Of a stretch of DNA of 64,000 nt, positions 29,745-41,001 are shown in pieces; positions within the stretch are counted from its first letter, which is position 1, and each line of letters starts with the position of its first letter. The DNA lies in contig CAWJYV010000007.1 of NCBI GenBank assembly GCA_963847185.1, forward strand, positions 608,001-672,000. The letters run 5' to 3'. The DNA comes from an uncultured Methanosarcinaceae archaeon (lineage in GTDB: Archaea; Halobacteriota; Methanosarcinia; Methanosarcinales; Methanosarcinaceae). The notes beneath the pieces were generated by a model. That model was not told the DNA's origin. It made no database searches and worked only from the letters and a program-made list of their open reading frames with translations. The position numbers were made by a program, and so were the translations under genes.

Positions 29745-30236
29745 TTATTTTAAACTTTTAATAAGCTCATGCCACCGTTTTTCATCCACGAGTTTCTGAG
29801 TTTTAAGCATCTTTTTAAATTCATCGGCACTTCCTTCGCCGCATTTTCCCTCAAGTATGTCTTTTAATTCCATTGCAGCCCGCAAAAGTCCGGCTGCTTC
29901 TTCATAGAGCTCTTTAGCTTCTGCCTTTGTAAGTTCTTCGATTTCCAGCAGTTCTTCGTCTGCTTTCGCTCTTTCTTTCAGCTTTGTGATAAGAGCTCTG
30001 ATTTTGGCTGCTTCTTCTGAACTGAGTGATTCTTTTTCTTTCAGCTCTCGAGCCAGATCCCTCAGTCTGTACTCCTGCCCATCAATCTCTACGCTTTCGG
30101 GGATCTTCTTTCCTGCCCAGGCAAAATCACTCCTGAGGCTCCAGAGGAGTTTATTGCGTTCCTCATAATCAAGATATTCTTCATCTGCTTTTGTTGCTTT
30201 CTCACTTTTCAGCATGAAGTTTTCCCCTGAAATCAT
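29745..30236 (-). CDS. DUF5788-like helical protein
   Basis: EERNKLLWSL..FAWAGKKIPESVEIDG..LYEEAAGLLRAAMELK; paralog of 31904-32380. Confidence 0.75.
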   Translation of the reverse strand: MISGENFMLKSEKATKADEEYLDYEERNKLLWSLRSDFAWAGKKIPESVEIDGQEYRLRDLARELKEKESLSSEEAAKIRALITKLKERAKADEELLEIEELTKAEAKELYEEAAGLLRAAMELKDILEGKCGEGSADEFKKMLKTQKLVDEKRWHELIKSLK

Positions 30237-30408
30237 TTTTCTTGTATCGCTTTCTCTTCTGCTCTCATTCTATTTATCTTAGCTGTAGATGTCTGCCAGG
30301 AGAAAATCGTATAGGAATCAGGGTGTTTGAAATAAAGGAAAAAATTCCAAAATAAGTACAATAGTAAAATAAATTCAAAAATATTTTAAGTTTCAGAAAA
30401 TTCTCTAT

Positions 30409-30879
30409 TCACAGCAAATTTTCTGCTATATTTTCCGAAATTACGTGTTCGCAGTACAGGCACTGGAGAGAAACTCCTTCTTCTTCAGACTGGATCACGG
30501 AAAACTTCGACTTTATGGGTTCGTTGCTGTTAGAAATACAATTTGAGTTAATGCAGCGGACAATGCCTTCAACATAAGAAGGAAGTACAACATAATTTTT
30601 CTTGACTACCTCAAAATCCCTTATAATGTTGATGGTAGCTTTCGGAGCGATCAATGCAATCCTGTTAAGCTCTTCGACGCTGAGTTCCTTTCCCTCTATT
30701 TTTACAACGTCTTTTTTGCCTCTGGCTCCGGGAGCGTTCATAACAAAACTTATAGTGGCCCGAAAAGCACTGGAAATTCCAAGTATGCGCAGAACATTTA
30801 AAGCCTGCCCTGCCTTTATGTGATCTATTACTGTTCCGTCTTCAATCGCCTGGACCTTTAGATCTCTCTTTTCTTTCAT
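30409..30879 (-). CDS. pyrI: Aspartate carbamoyltransferase regulatory subunit
   Basis: GTVIDHI, KKDVVKIEG, Zn ligands CINSNC and CLYCE. Confidence 0.96.
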   Translation of the reverse strand: MKEKRDLKVQAIEDGTVIDHIKAGQALNVLRILGISSAFRATISFVMNAPGARGKKDVVKIEGKELSVEELNRIALIAPKATINIIRDFEVVKKNYVVLPSYVEGIVRCINSNCISNSNEPIKSKFSVIQSEEEGVSLQCLYCEHVISENIAENLL

Positions 30880-31802
30880 TCAATCATCCCCATGGCAAGA
30901 GCAAGGAGAGCCATTCTGATAGGGACACCATAAAAAGCCTGCTCGAAATAACGTGCATGAGGCGTAGCATCCACATCTGGGGTAATTTCATTGACCCTGG
31001 GGAGAGGGTGAAGAATCTTGAGATTAGGATCCGCATCTTTCAATAGCTCGCCTGTAACTCTAAGTCTGTTCTTAACTTTTTCATATTCTTGGGGATCTGG
31101 AAAACGTTCTCTTTGAACTCTTGTCATGTAGAGAACCTCTACATCTCTAATAATTTCCTCGAGAGAGTCAGTTTCTTTCACACTTATTTTATGCTTCTGA
31201 AGATCTTTGACAATTTCGGAAGGCATCCTGAGTTCAAGCGGTGAAACAAAAGTCATTTCAGCTCCGTAGAGAGAGAGGGCATGACAAAGTGAATGAACCG
31301 TTCTCCCATATTTCAGGTCTCCTGCCATGGCAATTTTCAGGCCTTCAAGATGGCTTTCTCTGCGGACAGTATAAAGGTCAAGGAAGGTCTGTGTAGGGTG
31401 GTTGACAGAACCGTCTCCACCATTAATTATCGGGACACTTGCAAATTCAGCAGCCATTCGTGCCGACCCGTCAAGAGGATGACGCAATACAATCAAATCG
31501 GCATAGTTACTGATCACGCGGATAGTGTCGGCAAGATTTTCCCCTTTCATAACTGAACTTGCCTCCACGGAACCAAGGTTCAATACCTGCCCTCCAAGCC
31601 TCTGAGTAGCAACTTCAAAAGATAGTCTGGTCCTCGTGCTTGGTTCAAAAAAAAGAAGAGCAACTATTTTTCCATCCAGCAGCCGGGATCTTTCTTCACC
31701 TCTGGCTACAGGCTCAAGCTTTTCTGCAGTATCCAGAACATGATCGATTTCTTCCCGGGAAAAGTCTTTCATTGAGATGACGTGTCTGTTCTTGAATGGC
31801 AT
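30876..31802 (-). CDS. pyrB: Aspartate carbamoyltransferase catalytic subunit
   Basis: FFEPSTRTRLSFE, HPTQTFLD, GDLKYGRTVHSL, HPLPR. Confidence 0.97.
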   Translation of the reverse strand: MPFKNRHVISMKDFSREEIDHVLDTAEKLEPVARGEERSRLLDGKIVALLFFEPSTRTRLSFEVATQRLGGQVLNLGSVEASSVMKGENLADTIRVISNYADLIVLRHPLDGSARMAAEFASVPIINGGDGSVNHPTQTFLDLYTVRRESHLEGLKIAMAGDLKYGRTVHSLCHALSLYGAEMTFVSPLELRMPSEIVKDLQKHKISVKETDSLEEIIRDVEVLYMTRVQRERFPDPQEYEKVKNRLRVTGELLKDADPNLKILHPLPRVNEITPDVDATPHARYFEQAFYGVPIRMALLALAMGMIE

Positions 31803-31903
31803 CCTGCTTTCATAAATGATTCCTAATGATATAACCTTTGCTCCGGAAATTTTATGCTTTAGTCAGATAGTCGGACTACTGGTCTTCTTACATTATTGGC
31901 ACA

Positions 31904-32380
31904 TTATCTGGATACATTTTTGAGAAATTCGAGCCAGAGTCTGGCATCTCTTACTCTTTGATCGGCAAACTGTTCCTGAAAATATTTTGTATTTTTCTTT
32001 AAAGTTCCATCCTCTATTTCCTTCAAATCCATTATTGCACGCAGCAAACCTGCAGTTTCGTGGTAGAGAGCTTTTGCTTCTTCCTGTGTTAGAGCATTTC
32101 CTTCCAGCTCACGTTCATCTTCTTTTTCCCTGGATGAAATTATTTCGATACATTTATCTATGCTGGCTTTCTCTGCTTCTGTAAGCGTCTCTTTCTGAAT
32201 TAGTTCCCATACATAATTGTGCAGAGGACAATTTTTTCCTCCTATCTCTATATTATGCGGGATGTACTGCCCCACCCAAAAGAGGCGTGAATGTAAAGCA
32301 GAAAGTAATTGCCTGCGCTCCTCGTCAGTTATATATTTTTCCGAGCTTTCTTTCTCATTTGCTTTAGTGCTTTGCTCCAC
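31904..32380 (-). CDS. DUF5788-like helical protein
   Basis: EERRQLLSAL..LFWVGQYIPHNIEIGG..LYHETAGLLRAIMDLK. Confidence 0.75.
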   Translation of the reverse strand: MEQSTKANEKESSEKYITDEERRQLLSALHSRLFWVGQYIPHNIEIGGKNCPLHNYVWELIQKETLTEAEKASIDKCIEIISSREKEDERELEGNALTQEEAKALYHETAGLLRAIMDLKEIEDGTLKKNTKYFQEQFADQRVRDARLWLEFLKNVSR

Positions 32381-32697
32381 AATATATTCCCCAAATTATA
32401 TCGAGTCTTCAATCAGAACAGTTTTCGTGATAAGATCTAATCCCGTTCTGTCTCTTTACATCAAATAATAAAGCATCAATGTAAATTAACAAAACTCCTG
32501 AGTAAAAATAATATAGATTATAAAATACTCACATATAAAAAATAAATTAATAATTCAATCAAAAAACTTAATGATAAGATATAAAACTCGAAAATTCAAC
32601 AGATAATTCAAAATTAAAGCAAAAATAAAAACAAAAGGGGAAACGATGCCGAAAAGTGGAACATTTAGGTTTTCGTTTTCCCTATTGAGGTGATATT

Positions 32698-33978
32698 ATC
32701 GTTCCCATAATTCAGGTTGCACTTGATCTTCTGGAATTGGACCGCTCGGTAGAGATTGCAAGAGAAGCAATCGCAGGAGGTGCGGATTGGATCGAAATAG
32801 GCACTCCTCTGATTAAAAGCGCAGGAATGGACGCGATCCGTACCATGAGGAAAATTTTTCCGGACCGGACAATCCTGGCAGATATGAAAACTGTGGATAC
32901 AGGAGCCATGGAAGTTGAAATGGCAGCAAAAGCAGGTGCTGATGTTGTTATTGTGCTGGGAAGTGCAGATGACTCTACAGTACTTGATTCTCTTCGTTCA
33001 GCCCACAAATATGGAGTAAGATTGATGGCAGACCTCATCTCGGCTCCTGATCCTGTAAAAAGAGCAGTGGAACTCGAAGCTCTGGGTGTGGACTATGTGA
33101 ACGTTCACATAGGCATAGATCAGCAGATGATAGGAAAAACCCCTATATCTATTCTAAAGGAAATCTCGGAAAAGGTCACTATACAACTTGCAGTTGCGGG
33201 CGGGCTTGATATAGAAAGTGCTGCACAGGCTGTCAGGGCAGGGGCCAGAATTGTAATTGTCGGAGGAAATATTACCCGCTCTGACAACGTAACGGAAGCT
33301 GCCAGGAAAATCCGGAAGAGTGTTGATTCTCCTGAAGCCGTGGAAACTCGGGACACAGAAACAGTAGATCAGGAAATAAGAAAGATCCTCAAGGAAGTAT
33401 CTACCTCAAACATCTCGGATGCCATGCACAGAAAAGGTGCAATGAAAGGTATTCATCCTGTTATAAGAGGAAAAATGGTAGGAACTGCAATTACTGTGCA
33501 GGCTTTTGCCGGAGATTGGGCAAAGACAGTGGAGGCGATTGATATTGCAAAAGGGGGAGATGTAATCGTAATTTACAACGAAAGCAAAGATATTGCCTGC
33601 TGGGGAGGGCTTGCAACCCTGAGCGCCTTAAATAAAGGAATTTCAGGAGTTGTAATTGAAGGGGCTGCAAGAGACCTTGATGAGATCGAAAATCTGGGGC
33701 TTCCGATTTATACCAGTAATACTGTTCCTAATGCAGGAGATCCTAAAGGTTTTGGAGAAATTAACGCTGAGATTACCTGCGGAGGCCAGACAGTAAAACC
33801 AGGAGATTATATAGTTGGAGATGAAAGCGGGGTTGTAGTAATTCCCAGAGAGAGAGCCTACGAACTTGCAAGAAGAGCAAAAGAAGTTAATAAGGAGGAA
33901 AAGAGGCTTTTCGATGAAATCCGGAGAGGTGGGACTCTATCAGAAATTCTAAAACTTAAAAAATGGGAAAAACTTTGA
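32698..33978 (+). CDS. hxlA: 3-hexulose-6-phosphate synthase fused to an RraA/HMG-aldolase (MenG-like) domain
   Basis: [37 protein letters not shown]; C-terminal [25 protein letters not shown]. Start placed at ATC 32698 (inferred). Confidence 0.9.
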   Translation: MVPIIQVALDLLELDRSVEIAREAIAGGADWIEIGTPLIKSAGMDAIRTMRKIFPDRTILADMKTVDTGAMEVEMAAKAGADVVIVLGSADDSTVLDSLRSAHKYGVRLMADLISAPDPVKRAVELEALGVDYVNVHIGIDQQMIGKTPISILKEISEKVTIQLAVAGGLDIESAAQAVRAGARIVIVGGNITRSDNVTEAARKIRKSVDSPEAVETRDTETVDQEIRKILKEVSTSNISDAMHRKGAMKGIHPVIRGKMVGTAITVQAFAGDWAKTVEAIDIAKGGDVIVIYNESKDIACWGGLATLSALNKGISGVVIEGAARDLDEIENLGLPIYTSNTVPNAGDPKGFGEINAEITCGGQTVKPGDYIVGDESGVVVIPRERAYELARRAKEVNKEEKRLFDEIRRGGTLSEILKLKKWEKL

Positions 33979-34109
33979 ATTTATACTCAAAAATGTTCAG
34001 GATTCCAAACCGTGTATAGAAGCTTATGCTTCTATACCTTTCGAGTTCCCATAACCGTAATTTCAATTAACAACTCTATTGGAATGTTTGACTCTTTAGT
34101 AGAAAACAA

Positions 34110-36962
34110 TTATTTTTCAGAGTCTTCAGATTGAGTAATAATGATTTTGGACAGAAGAAAGGCCCTAACAAAGTTTATCTCTTCTTCCTGGCAATCCTTA
34201 CCTATTTTTGCTCTAATTAAGGAATCCATTTCAGTTTCTAACGTTTCCAATGCAGCTTTTATCTGTTCTTGCCTCTGCGGAGGCAACAGTCCTTTAATGT
34301 TCCTTACCTTTCCCGCAAGGGTTAGCTGCTCAAGCTGCTTAAAAACATCTCCAATACTCAGGCCTTGGATTTCGGCAATCTCATCGACCCTGAGTCCTTG
34401 GGTAAAGAGAGAATAAGTCCTTTGCTGATAGACCATTTTAAGATTATCTGTTTCAAGAGCATCCTTTTTATGCAAATCCGCGATTTTAGATTCAGGTGAC
34501 ATCCCGGTTGAATCTGCTTCGATTGAACCTTCTCTATTAGAGCTCCATACAGGAGAATCAGACTTTGACCAGTCCTGTATACTCATATCAAGATATCTTC
34601 CCTTTTTTGTTGGTAGCGTGCAGACTTCCGAATTATTTATCTTTACTTCCGAACTATTTGCCTTTATTTCAGAGCTGTTTATTTTTTTTACCGGGCTATT
34701 CAGTTCATCTGATTCAGAAATAGGCATTTTTTCCGTAAACAGCTCCATCTCAACTTCCGGATTCTCATTTTTTTGGATTGGATTTTTTGAGTTTACTCTC
34801 CCATTTTCAGACTCTTTGTCGGAGTTTCCTGGACTTTCATCTTTTTCAGTGGAGGCCAGATCGTAATCTATGCAGTAATTTTCAATTTCCCTGAGGAAGA
34901 TGTCTCCATATTTTCTCAGTTTATGGTCTCCAACTCCTGTAATGGAATGAAATTCCTCTGGATTGTGAGGAAATTTTGTAGCCATTTCTTTAAGGGTGGT
35001 ATCGGAGAAAACTATGTAAGGTGGAAGGTTTTTCTTTAAGGCGATTTCCTTTCTCAGAGCTTTTAGTCGCTCAAAAAGGATCAAATCAGGCTCTTCTCCG
35101 GTTTTTACGCTCTTTATGACTATTTTCTTCTTCAGTGTACCCTCAGCAGTGCCGGCAACACCTATGGATTTTTTTGTAGCGTTTCCCTCTGTTGAAATAA
35201 TCTCTGAAGGGCCCTCTGTTGAAATAATTTCTGAAGAATCCTCTATTGAGAGAATCTCTGAAGAACTCTCTATTGAAAGAATCTCTGAAGAGAGTTCTTC
35301 TTTAGAAAACTTCATATTGATTTCAACGTCTTCATCTTTTGTTTCTAAAGATGTTGAAAGCGTCAGGTTTTCTTCAATCTCTGGAGTAAAACCTGCAGGA
35401 CAGACAAGTTCTACTTGCTCCCGGCCATTCAATATTTTCCTGCTCATGGCATTCATTTTCAAAACAGGATACTGCGCCCCCTCCACATCTAAGAGCCCTG
35501 TATTTATCATTTCGGAGGCTAAGGATTTCCATTGCTCCTTTGTAAATTCCCTGCCACTGTTGTGACTCTTCAACTTTTCGTGGCGGTTTTGCTTGATTTT
35601 TTTGTTTTTTGAGCCTGTAAGGATATCAATAATATAATTCGTGCCAAAACGCTGGTTCAGTTCCTGTACACAACCTATCAGCTTCCTGGCAGTTTCAGTT
35701 CCGTCAAAGGTACCTTTTGGCCTGAGGCAGGAGTCGCAGTTTGCACAGGATTCTGGAATTTCCTCCCCAAAGTATTCCATCAGTCTCTGACGCCTGCATT
35801 TATTGCTCTCACAGTAGGCTACCATTTGCCTTAACTGCACAAGAGAAAGATCTTTTTCTTTTTCATTTGTTTTCTGAGAAATAAAGTATTCAATCTTGAA
35901 GCGATCCCCTCTACTGAAAAAAAGTATACACTCACAGGGTCCGCCGTCCCTTCCTCCTCTGCCTGTTTCCTGATAGTAACTTTCAAGATTTCTGGGAAGA
36001 TCATAATGTATCACAAAACGTACATTGGACTTATCAATCCCCATTCCAAAAGCAATTGTGGCAACTATGATATCCACATCGTCCTTTATGAAAAGTTCCT
36101 GGTTTTGGTTTCGCTCCATATCGGAAAGGCCTGCATGGTAAGGAAGAGCCCTGAAGCCCGCAACATTCAGTTTTTTTGTAAGGGATTCAACATTGTTTCT
36201 GCTCTGGCAGTATATAATCCCGGCTTCACTCCTATGCTTTTTCAAATAATCAGAAATCTCAGAAAAAGTCTCTTTCTTTGGCCTGACTTCATAATAAAGG
36301 TTTTTCCGGTTAAAACTGGCTACATATGGGCCTTTTTCAGGGGGTATTGCAAGCCCCAGCTGCGATACAATATCTTTTCTAACCCTTTCTGTGGCTGTAG
36401 CCGTAAGTGCAATAATGGGCACTTCAGGAAAGCCTGTCTCCTGATTTCTCAAATGTTTCAGTTTCCTGTATTCAGGCCGAAAATCATGTCCCCACTCGGA
36501 AATACAGTGTGCTTCGTCTATTGCAAAGAGGCTGATCTTCCCTTTTTTTAAAAAAGCAAAGGTACCTGGCATCATGAGCCTTTCTGGCGCGATATAAAGA
36601 ACCTTCAACCTGTTTTCGAGAAAAGATGCTTTCACATCCCTGATCACCCGGGCACTCTGGGTACTGTTTAAGCAGGCTGCAGCAATCCCGTTTGCATCAA
36701 GACTGTCAACCTGATCTTTCATAAGGGAGATCAGGGGCGAAACCACTACAGTAACTCCTTCCATCAGAAGGGCAGGCAACTGGTAGCAGATCGATTTGCC
36801 GCCGCCTGTAGGCATGAGCACAAAAACGTCTTTTCTTTCCAGAACGTCCCTGATGATTTCCTCCTGTAGGGGACGAAAAGAACTGTATCCGAAGTACTGA
36901 CGCAGGGCAGAATGCATTCTGGATGACAGGGAATTCCGGGATTCAAGCCCTCGTTTACTCAC
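34110..36962 (-). CDS. recQ: ATP-dependent DNA helicase RecQ with HRDC domain and C-terminal HTH
   Basis: MPTGGGKS, DEAHCISEWGHDFRPEY, QETGRGGRDG, RQC Cys cluster, HRDC PPYIVFSDTTL. Confidence 0.95.
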   Translation of the reverse strand: MSKRGLESRNSLSSRMHSALRQYFGYSSFRPLQEEIIRDVLERKDVFVLMPTGGGKSICYQLPALLMEGVTVVVSPLISLMKDQVDSLDANGIAAACLNSTQSARVIRDVKASFLENRLKVLYIAPERLMMPGTFAFLKKGKISLFAIDEAHCISEWGHDFRPEYRKLKHLRNQETGFPEVPIIALTATATERVRKDIVSQLGLAIPPEKGPYVASFNRKNLYYEVRPKKETFSEISDYLKKHRSEAGIIYCQSRNNVESLTKKLNVAGFRALPYHAGLSDMERNQNQELFIKDDVDIIVATIAFGMGIDKSNVRFVIHYDLPRNLESYYQETGRGGRDGGPCECILFFSRGDRFKIEYFISQKTNEKEKDLSLVQLRQMVAYCESNKCRRQRLMEYFGEEIPESCANCDSCLRPKGTFDGTETARKLIGCVQELNQRFGTNYIIDILTGSKNKKIKQNRHEKLKSHNSGREFTKEQWKSLASEMINTGLLDVEGAQYPVLKMNAMSRKILNGREQVELVCPAGFTPEIEENLTLSTSLETKDEDVEINMKFSKEELSSEILSIESSSEILSIEDSSEIISTEGPSEIISTEGNATKKSIGVAGTAEGTLKKKIVIKSVKTGEEPDLILFERLKALRKEIALKKNLPPYIVFSDTTLKEMATKFPHNPEEFHSITGVGDHKLRKYGDIFLREIENYCIDYDLASTEKDESPGNSDKESENGRVNSKNPIQKNENPEVEMELFTEKMPISESDELNSPVKKINSSEIKANSSEVKINNSEVCTLPTKKGRYLDMSIQDWSKSDSPVWSSNREGSIEADSTGMSPESKIADLHKKDALETDNLKMVYQQRTYSLFTQGLRVDEIAEIQGLSIGDVFKQLEQLTLAGKVRNIKGLLPPQRQEQIKAALETLETEMDSLIRAKIGKDCQEEEINFVRAFLLSKIIITQSEDSEK
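35185..35292 (-). repeat. 27-bp in-frame repeat x4 in the RecQ linker (SEILSIESS / SEIISTEGP type)
   Basis: CTCT(G/A)TTGA(A/G)A(T/G)AAT(C/T)TCTGAAG recurring at 27-bp period. Confidence 0.8.
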
Positions 36963-37934
36963 CTTTAAGAAATCATGGTCAGCGCTCGTTATCTAATCCC
37001 CCTCTCTGCAGGCTTGATATTCCGTCGGGTAAATCCCAGGAAAACTTCGAAGAGTTCATCTTGGGATATTCTCTGATGATCTGGTATGCTCTCATGTACA
37101 GATATTCTCTTTAATGTTTCCAGGTTTATAATGGATCAGCTAGTTACACAATAATTACACAATAATGATGGACCATACGCAATAATGATGGACCAAATAC
37201 TTACACAATATATACTTAGTTTTGGTATCTGTGACGGTGTGATGTTTTAAGCTTATTGTATTTAAGTTACATGTGTGCAGGGTGAAAATATTCACCTTTT
37301 TTCTATATTATTTGGAAAAGTAGGGAAGAGATCATGAAAGAAAAGTCAGTTTAATTCTGAAAAGCGACTGTAAGGTATATTAATTGGAACAATTAATGGA
37401 GGCACTTACCAAATCTCCAGCGTTAGTATTATTAATGTTTGGTCTGAGGTAAAGAAAGGAAGGTATGGAGTGTGGCTACACCCAGGCACTTCTTATCTTC
37501 CTCTGTTTATTATATTGCTTTTTATATAATTTTTGATTTTCCTTTCTCTTCGCATGTCCTTCCATCTTCTTTTTTATCTCTGCTTGTTCTTTGTTCCATA
37601 ATTCTATTGAAATTTATTTCAGGACAAGCTTATTCAGCAATTCACTTTGTGAAAAGGTCAAATCTACAAAAGTGTTAGAAATCTCATAACGGTAGAGTAT
37701 TGTACTAATTTATAAAGCTTAATTTTACTAAGCTACAAAAATTAAAAGTCTACCGAAAATACTATATCTCTTAATAAATATTTGTTCTCTTACAGAAATA
37801 ATATTTTTAGGGTGGGTAAGTAATTAATGTTTTATGTTTATGCTCAGATTTAGTCTACTCTCCTAAAAAATTCAGAATATTTGATGAAAGTCCTTATGAA
37901 AGTCCTTATTCCTATTTCTGGAGGAGTAATATAA

Positions 37935-39953
37935 ATGGTAGTCTCTTTACTGGCAAATGTTGATGTAATCCTTGGTTTTGCCATTTTAATTCTTACTATA
38001 TTCTATAGATTTGAATTTCCTCCTGTACTGGGTTTCCTTGTAACCGGAATGCTGATCGGACCTTATGGGCTTGGGATTCTGAACGGAGGGCAGAATGTAG
38101 ATCTGAATTCCGAGCTAGGTGTAATCTTCCTGCTTTTTACAATAGGAGTTGATCTTTCCTTAAAAGAACTCTGGAAAATAAAAAAGGCCTTATTGCTGGG
38201 TGGGACTCTCCAGATTATTTTAACGACAGCGATAGTTCATTTTGTTTGTTTAGCTCTCGGCTTCAGCCCTGCTACTTCTGCTTTTATTGGTTTCTTGATC
38301 TCACTTAGCAGTACGGCAATAGTGCTCAAAGTCCTTCAGGATAGAAATGAAGTCTATACACCACATGGAAAAACCTCGCTTGCGATTCTGATCTTTCAGG
38401 ACCTGGCTATTGTGCCTCTCATCCTGATCACTCCTATGCTTGCTGGAAGTTCCTTGAGTTTAGAGGGGTCAATCTCAAATGTTTTTTTTAAAGGCTCTCT
38501 AATTATCCTGGTTTTTATCCTGAGTGCCAAATTTCTGGTCCCCTGGATATTTTACCATGTAGGTAAGACAGGTAGTAAGCAACTTTTTCTAGTCAGTGTT
38601 GTTTTCATCTGTCTCTCAGCAGCTATCTTTACTTCGAGTATCGGATTATCTCTGGCCCTTGGAGCCTTTTTAGCCGGGATAGTCATATCCGGATCTCCTT
38701 ACAGCCAGCAGGCAATGGGTAATATCTTACCTTTGAAAGACATGTTCATGAGTTTCTTTTTCGTGTCAGTGGGCATGCTTCTTGATGTGGGGTATCTGCT
38801 TGATCACCTTCCTCTTCTAATTCTTGCAACTATAACCCTAATTGTTATAAAATCAGTAGCTGGGTCAATTGTAGCTTTCCTTCTCGGGTCTCCTCTCCGT
38901 ACAACTATACTTACAGGGCTTGCACTTTCACAGGTAGGAGAATTCTCTTTTGTTCTCTCCAGATTAGGGGTTGAATATTCTCTTCTCACACCGGAAACTT
39001 ATCAGGCATTCCTGGCAGTTTCAATCCTTACTATGGGAGTTACGCCCTTTTTGATTGGTGCTTCTTACAAGCCTGCTGATTTTATTGTCAAAAAAGCTTC
39101 AAGTACACCTTTCGGTATGAAACTTGTAAAGGGATTTTACTCGGATTCTCTTGAAGAGGAAGAATTTATTGAGCCTGAGATAAAAGATCACCTTATAGTT
39201 GTAGGGTTTGGTTTTTCAGGAAAAACGGTTTCAAGGGCCGCAAAAGCTGCAGGCATCCCCTATATTATCGTAGAATCAAATCCTGATACAGTCAGGCAGG
39301 AGAAAACAAAAGGAGAAAGGATACAATATGGAGATGCAACATTTGGGGCTGTACTGGAACATGCAGGTATAAAGAATGCAAGAGTCCTTATAGTTGGGAT
39401 CTCTGATGCAGAAACTACAAGGAAAATAGTAGAGACAGCAAAAGAAGTGAATCCCAATGTTTGTGTAATTGCCAGAGTAAAGGATCTACAGGAAATGAAG
39501 CGTCTCAATGCCCTGGGAGCGGATGAAATTATCCCTGAAGAATACGAAACTTCAGTAGAGATCTTTGTCCGCATGCTGGAAAAGTATCTGGTACCTCAGG
39601 AAGATATCGAAAAACTGGTAAACGACATGAGGGCTAACGGCTACAGAATGATGAGAAAATTGTCGGTTGATACAGGGATTGATAGTGGATTCAGTCTTAA
39701 GGACGGACTCCCGGGAGTCGACATCCAGGTAGTTAAAGTAGGAAGCGGCTCAACTTTCGATGGAAAAACCCTCGCAGATCTGGAATTCAGGAAAAAACAT
39801 GGAGTAACAGTCCTTTCTATTCGCAGAGGTTCGGAAATGATTTATACCCCTGACGGAAACTTTCTCCTCCGGGCAAAAGATGCCTGTGTCCTTCTGGGGA
39901 AACCAGAGAAGCTATTTGATGTAAGAAAATTCTTTGAAAGTGTTCATGGATAA
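37935..39953 (+). CDS. CPA2 (KefB/KefC-like) cation:proton antiporter with TrkA-N and TrkA-C domains
   Basis: SELGVIFLLFTIG, SLSSTAIV, ILIFQDLA, QVGEFSFV, VVGFGFSG RCK domain. Confidence 0.92.
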   Translation: MVVSLLANVDVILGFAILILTIFYRFEFPPVLGFLVTGMLIGPYGLGILNGGQNVDLNSELGVIFLLFTIGVDLSLKELWKIKKALLLGGTLQIILTTAIVHFVCLALGFSPATSAFIGFLISLSSTAIVLKVLQDRNEVYTPHGKTSLAILIFQDLAIVPLILITPMLAGSSLSLEGSISNVFFKGSLIILVFILSAKFLVPWIFYHVGKTGSKQLFLVSVVFICLSAAIFTSSIGLSLALGAFLAGIVISGSPYSQQAMGNILPLKDMFMSFFFVSVGMLLDVGYLLDHLPLLILATITLIVIKSVAGSIVAFLLGSPLRTTILTGLALSQVGEFSFVLSRLGVEYSLLTPETYQAFLAVSILTMGVTPFLIGASYKPADFIVKKASSTPFGMKLVKGFYSDSLEEEEFIEPEIKDHLIVVGFGFSGKTVSRAAKAAGIPYIIVESNPDTVRQEKTKGERIQYGDATFGAVLEHAGIKNARVLIVGISDAETTRKIVETAKEVNPNVCVIARVKDLQEMKRLNALGADEIIPEEYETSVEIFVRMLEKYLVPQEDIEKLVNDMRANGYRMMRKLSVDTGIDSGFSLKDGLPGVDIQVVKVGSGSTFDGKTLADLEFRKKHGVTVLSIRRGSEMIYTPDGNFLLRAKDACVLLGKPEKLFDVRKFFESVHG

Positions 39954-40041
39954 GTGACACTTTCTTTTTTACTTTTTTTACTTTCCTTCTAGTCCTTCAA
40001 TATCCAATACAAATATATTCTATATAACTTGAGTTTCTTCT

Positions 40042-40635
40042 ATGCGTCAGATTATTCTTGCTTCCTCTTCCCCAAGGAGAAAAGAGCTTCTTAAACAGTT
40101 GATAGGAGATAACTTTCTTGTATATGTCAGTTCATATGGAGAATCTACCTCTCCAGGTTTAGCTCCTGAAGAGCTTCTTATGAAGCATTCAATCGAAAAA
40201 GCCAGGGATGTAGCTAAACACTTCAATTCTGGGCTTATTATTTCTGCCGATACCGGAGTTGTGTGCGGGGATGAGATTTTGGGGAAGCCTCAATCTCCTG
40301 AAAAGGCAGAAGAAATGCTGATGAGACTAAATGGGCAGAAGATTCGAGTTATAACTGGTCTTACTGTTCTGGATCTTGATGCCGGGAAAGAAATTAGCGA
40401 ATTCGAATCCACCTTTGTCTGGATAACTGAAATGAGCAGGGAGCATATTTCAGCTTATATAAGGACAGGAGAGCCTATAGACAAAGCCGGGGCTTTTGCT
40501 GCTCAGGGGAAAGGAGCAGTATTTGTAGAAAGGATCGAGGGCGACTTCTTTAATGTGGTAGGATTTCCTCTTTTCAGGCTGACAAAAATTATGGGAAAAT
40601 TCGGAGTATCTGTGTTTGATGAGGATTTTTCCTGA
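40042..40635 (+). CDS. maf: Maf family nucleotide pyrophosphatase
   Basis: [38 protein letters not shown]. Confidence 0.93.
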   Translation: MRQIILASSSPRRKELLKQLIGDNFLVYVSSYGESTSPGLAPEELLMKHSIEKARDVAKHFNSGLIISADTGVVCGDEILGKPQSPEKAEEMLMRLNGQKIRVITGLTVLDLDAGKEISEFESTFVWITEMSREHISAYIRTGEPIDKAGAFAAQGKGAVFVERIEGDFFNVVGFPLFRLTKIMGKFGVSVFDEDFS

Positions 40636-41001
40636 GTTTTATTCTTTATACTTGGGGCTTCAGGCTCAGGGAGCTTTGTCGAGAGCCGCAAAAGTAATAA
40701 AATAGTCAGGAATAACATAACAGTCTAAATATTAATTGTCAAATGTTAGTCAACAGCAAAAAGGCATTTTAGTTGATTAACAGCAAAAAGAGTATTTAGT
40801 TAGTTAATAAAGATAATTTATAGTAAAAAAGATATATTACTCTGATTACGGAAATCGTGTGTATTCAAATTATACTTTCACTACTGTCGCGTCAACAGCA
40901 AAATGTTGTATAAAATCGATTTCAACTAAGACTTGTTGAATTGTAGAGGATTGACGCGACACTACAGTCCTTTCAGGCATTTAACTATAGAGGCGTTTCG
41001 G

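Noticed and set aside
36990-37130. Short open frame upstream of recQ (INLETLKRISVHES...)
   Set aside because: No canonical start codon and no recognisable family
37143-37210. Short direct repeats (CAATAATGATGGACCA x2), and AACAGCAAAA x3 upstream of cysS at 40750-40905
   Set aside because: Typical slippage duplications of AT-rich intergenic DNA; no further support for function
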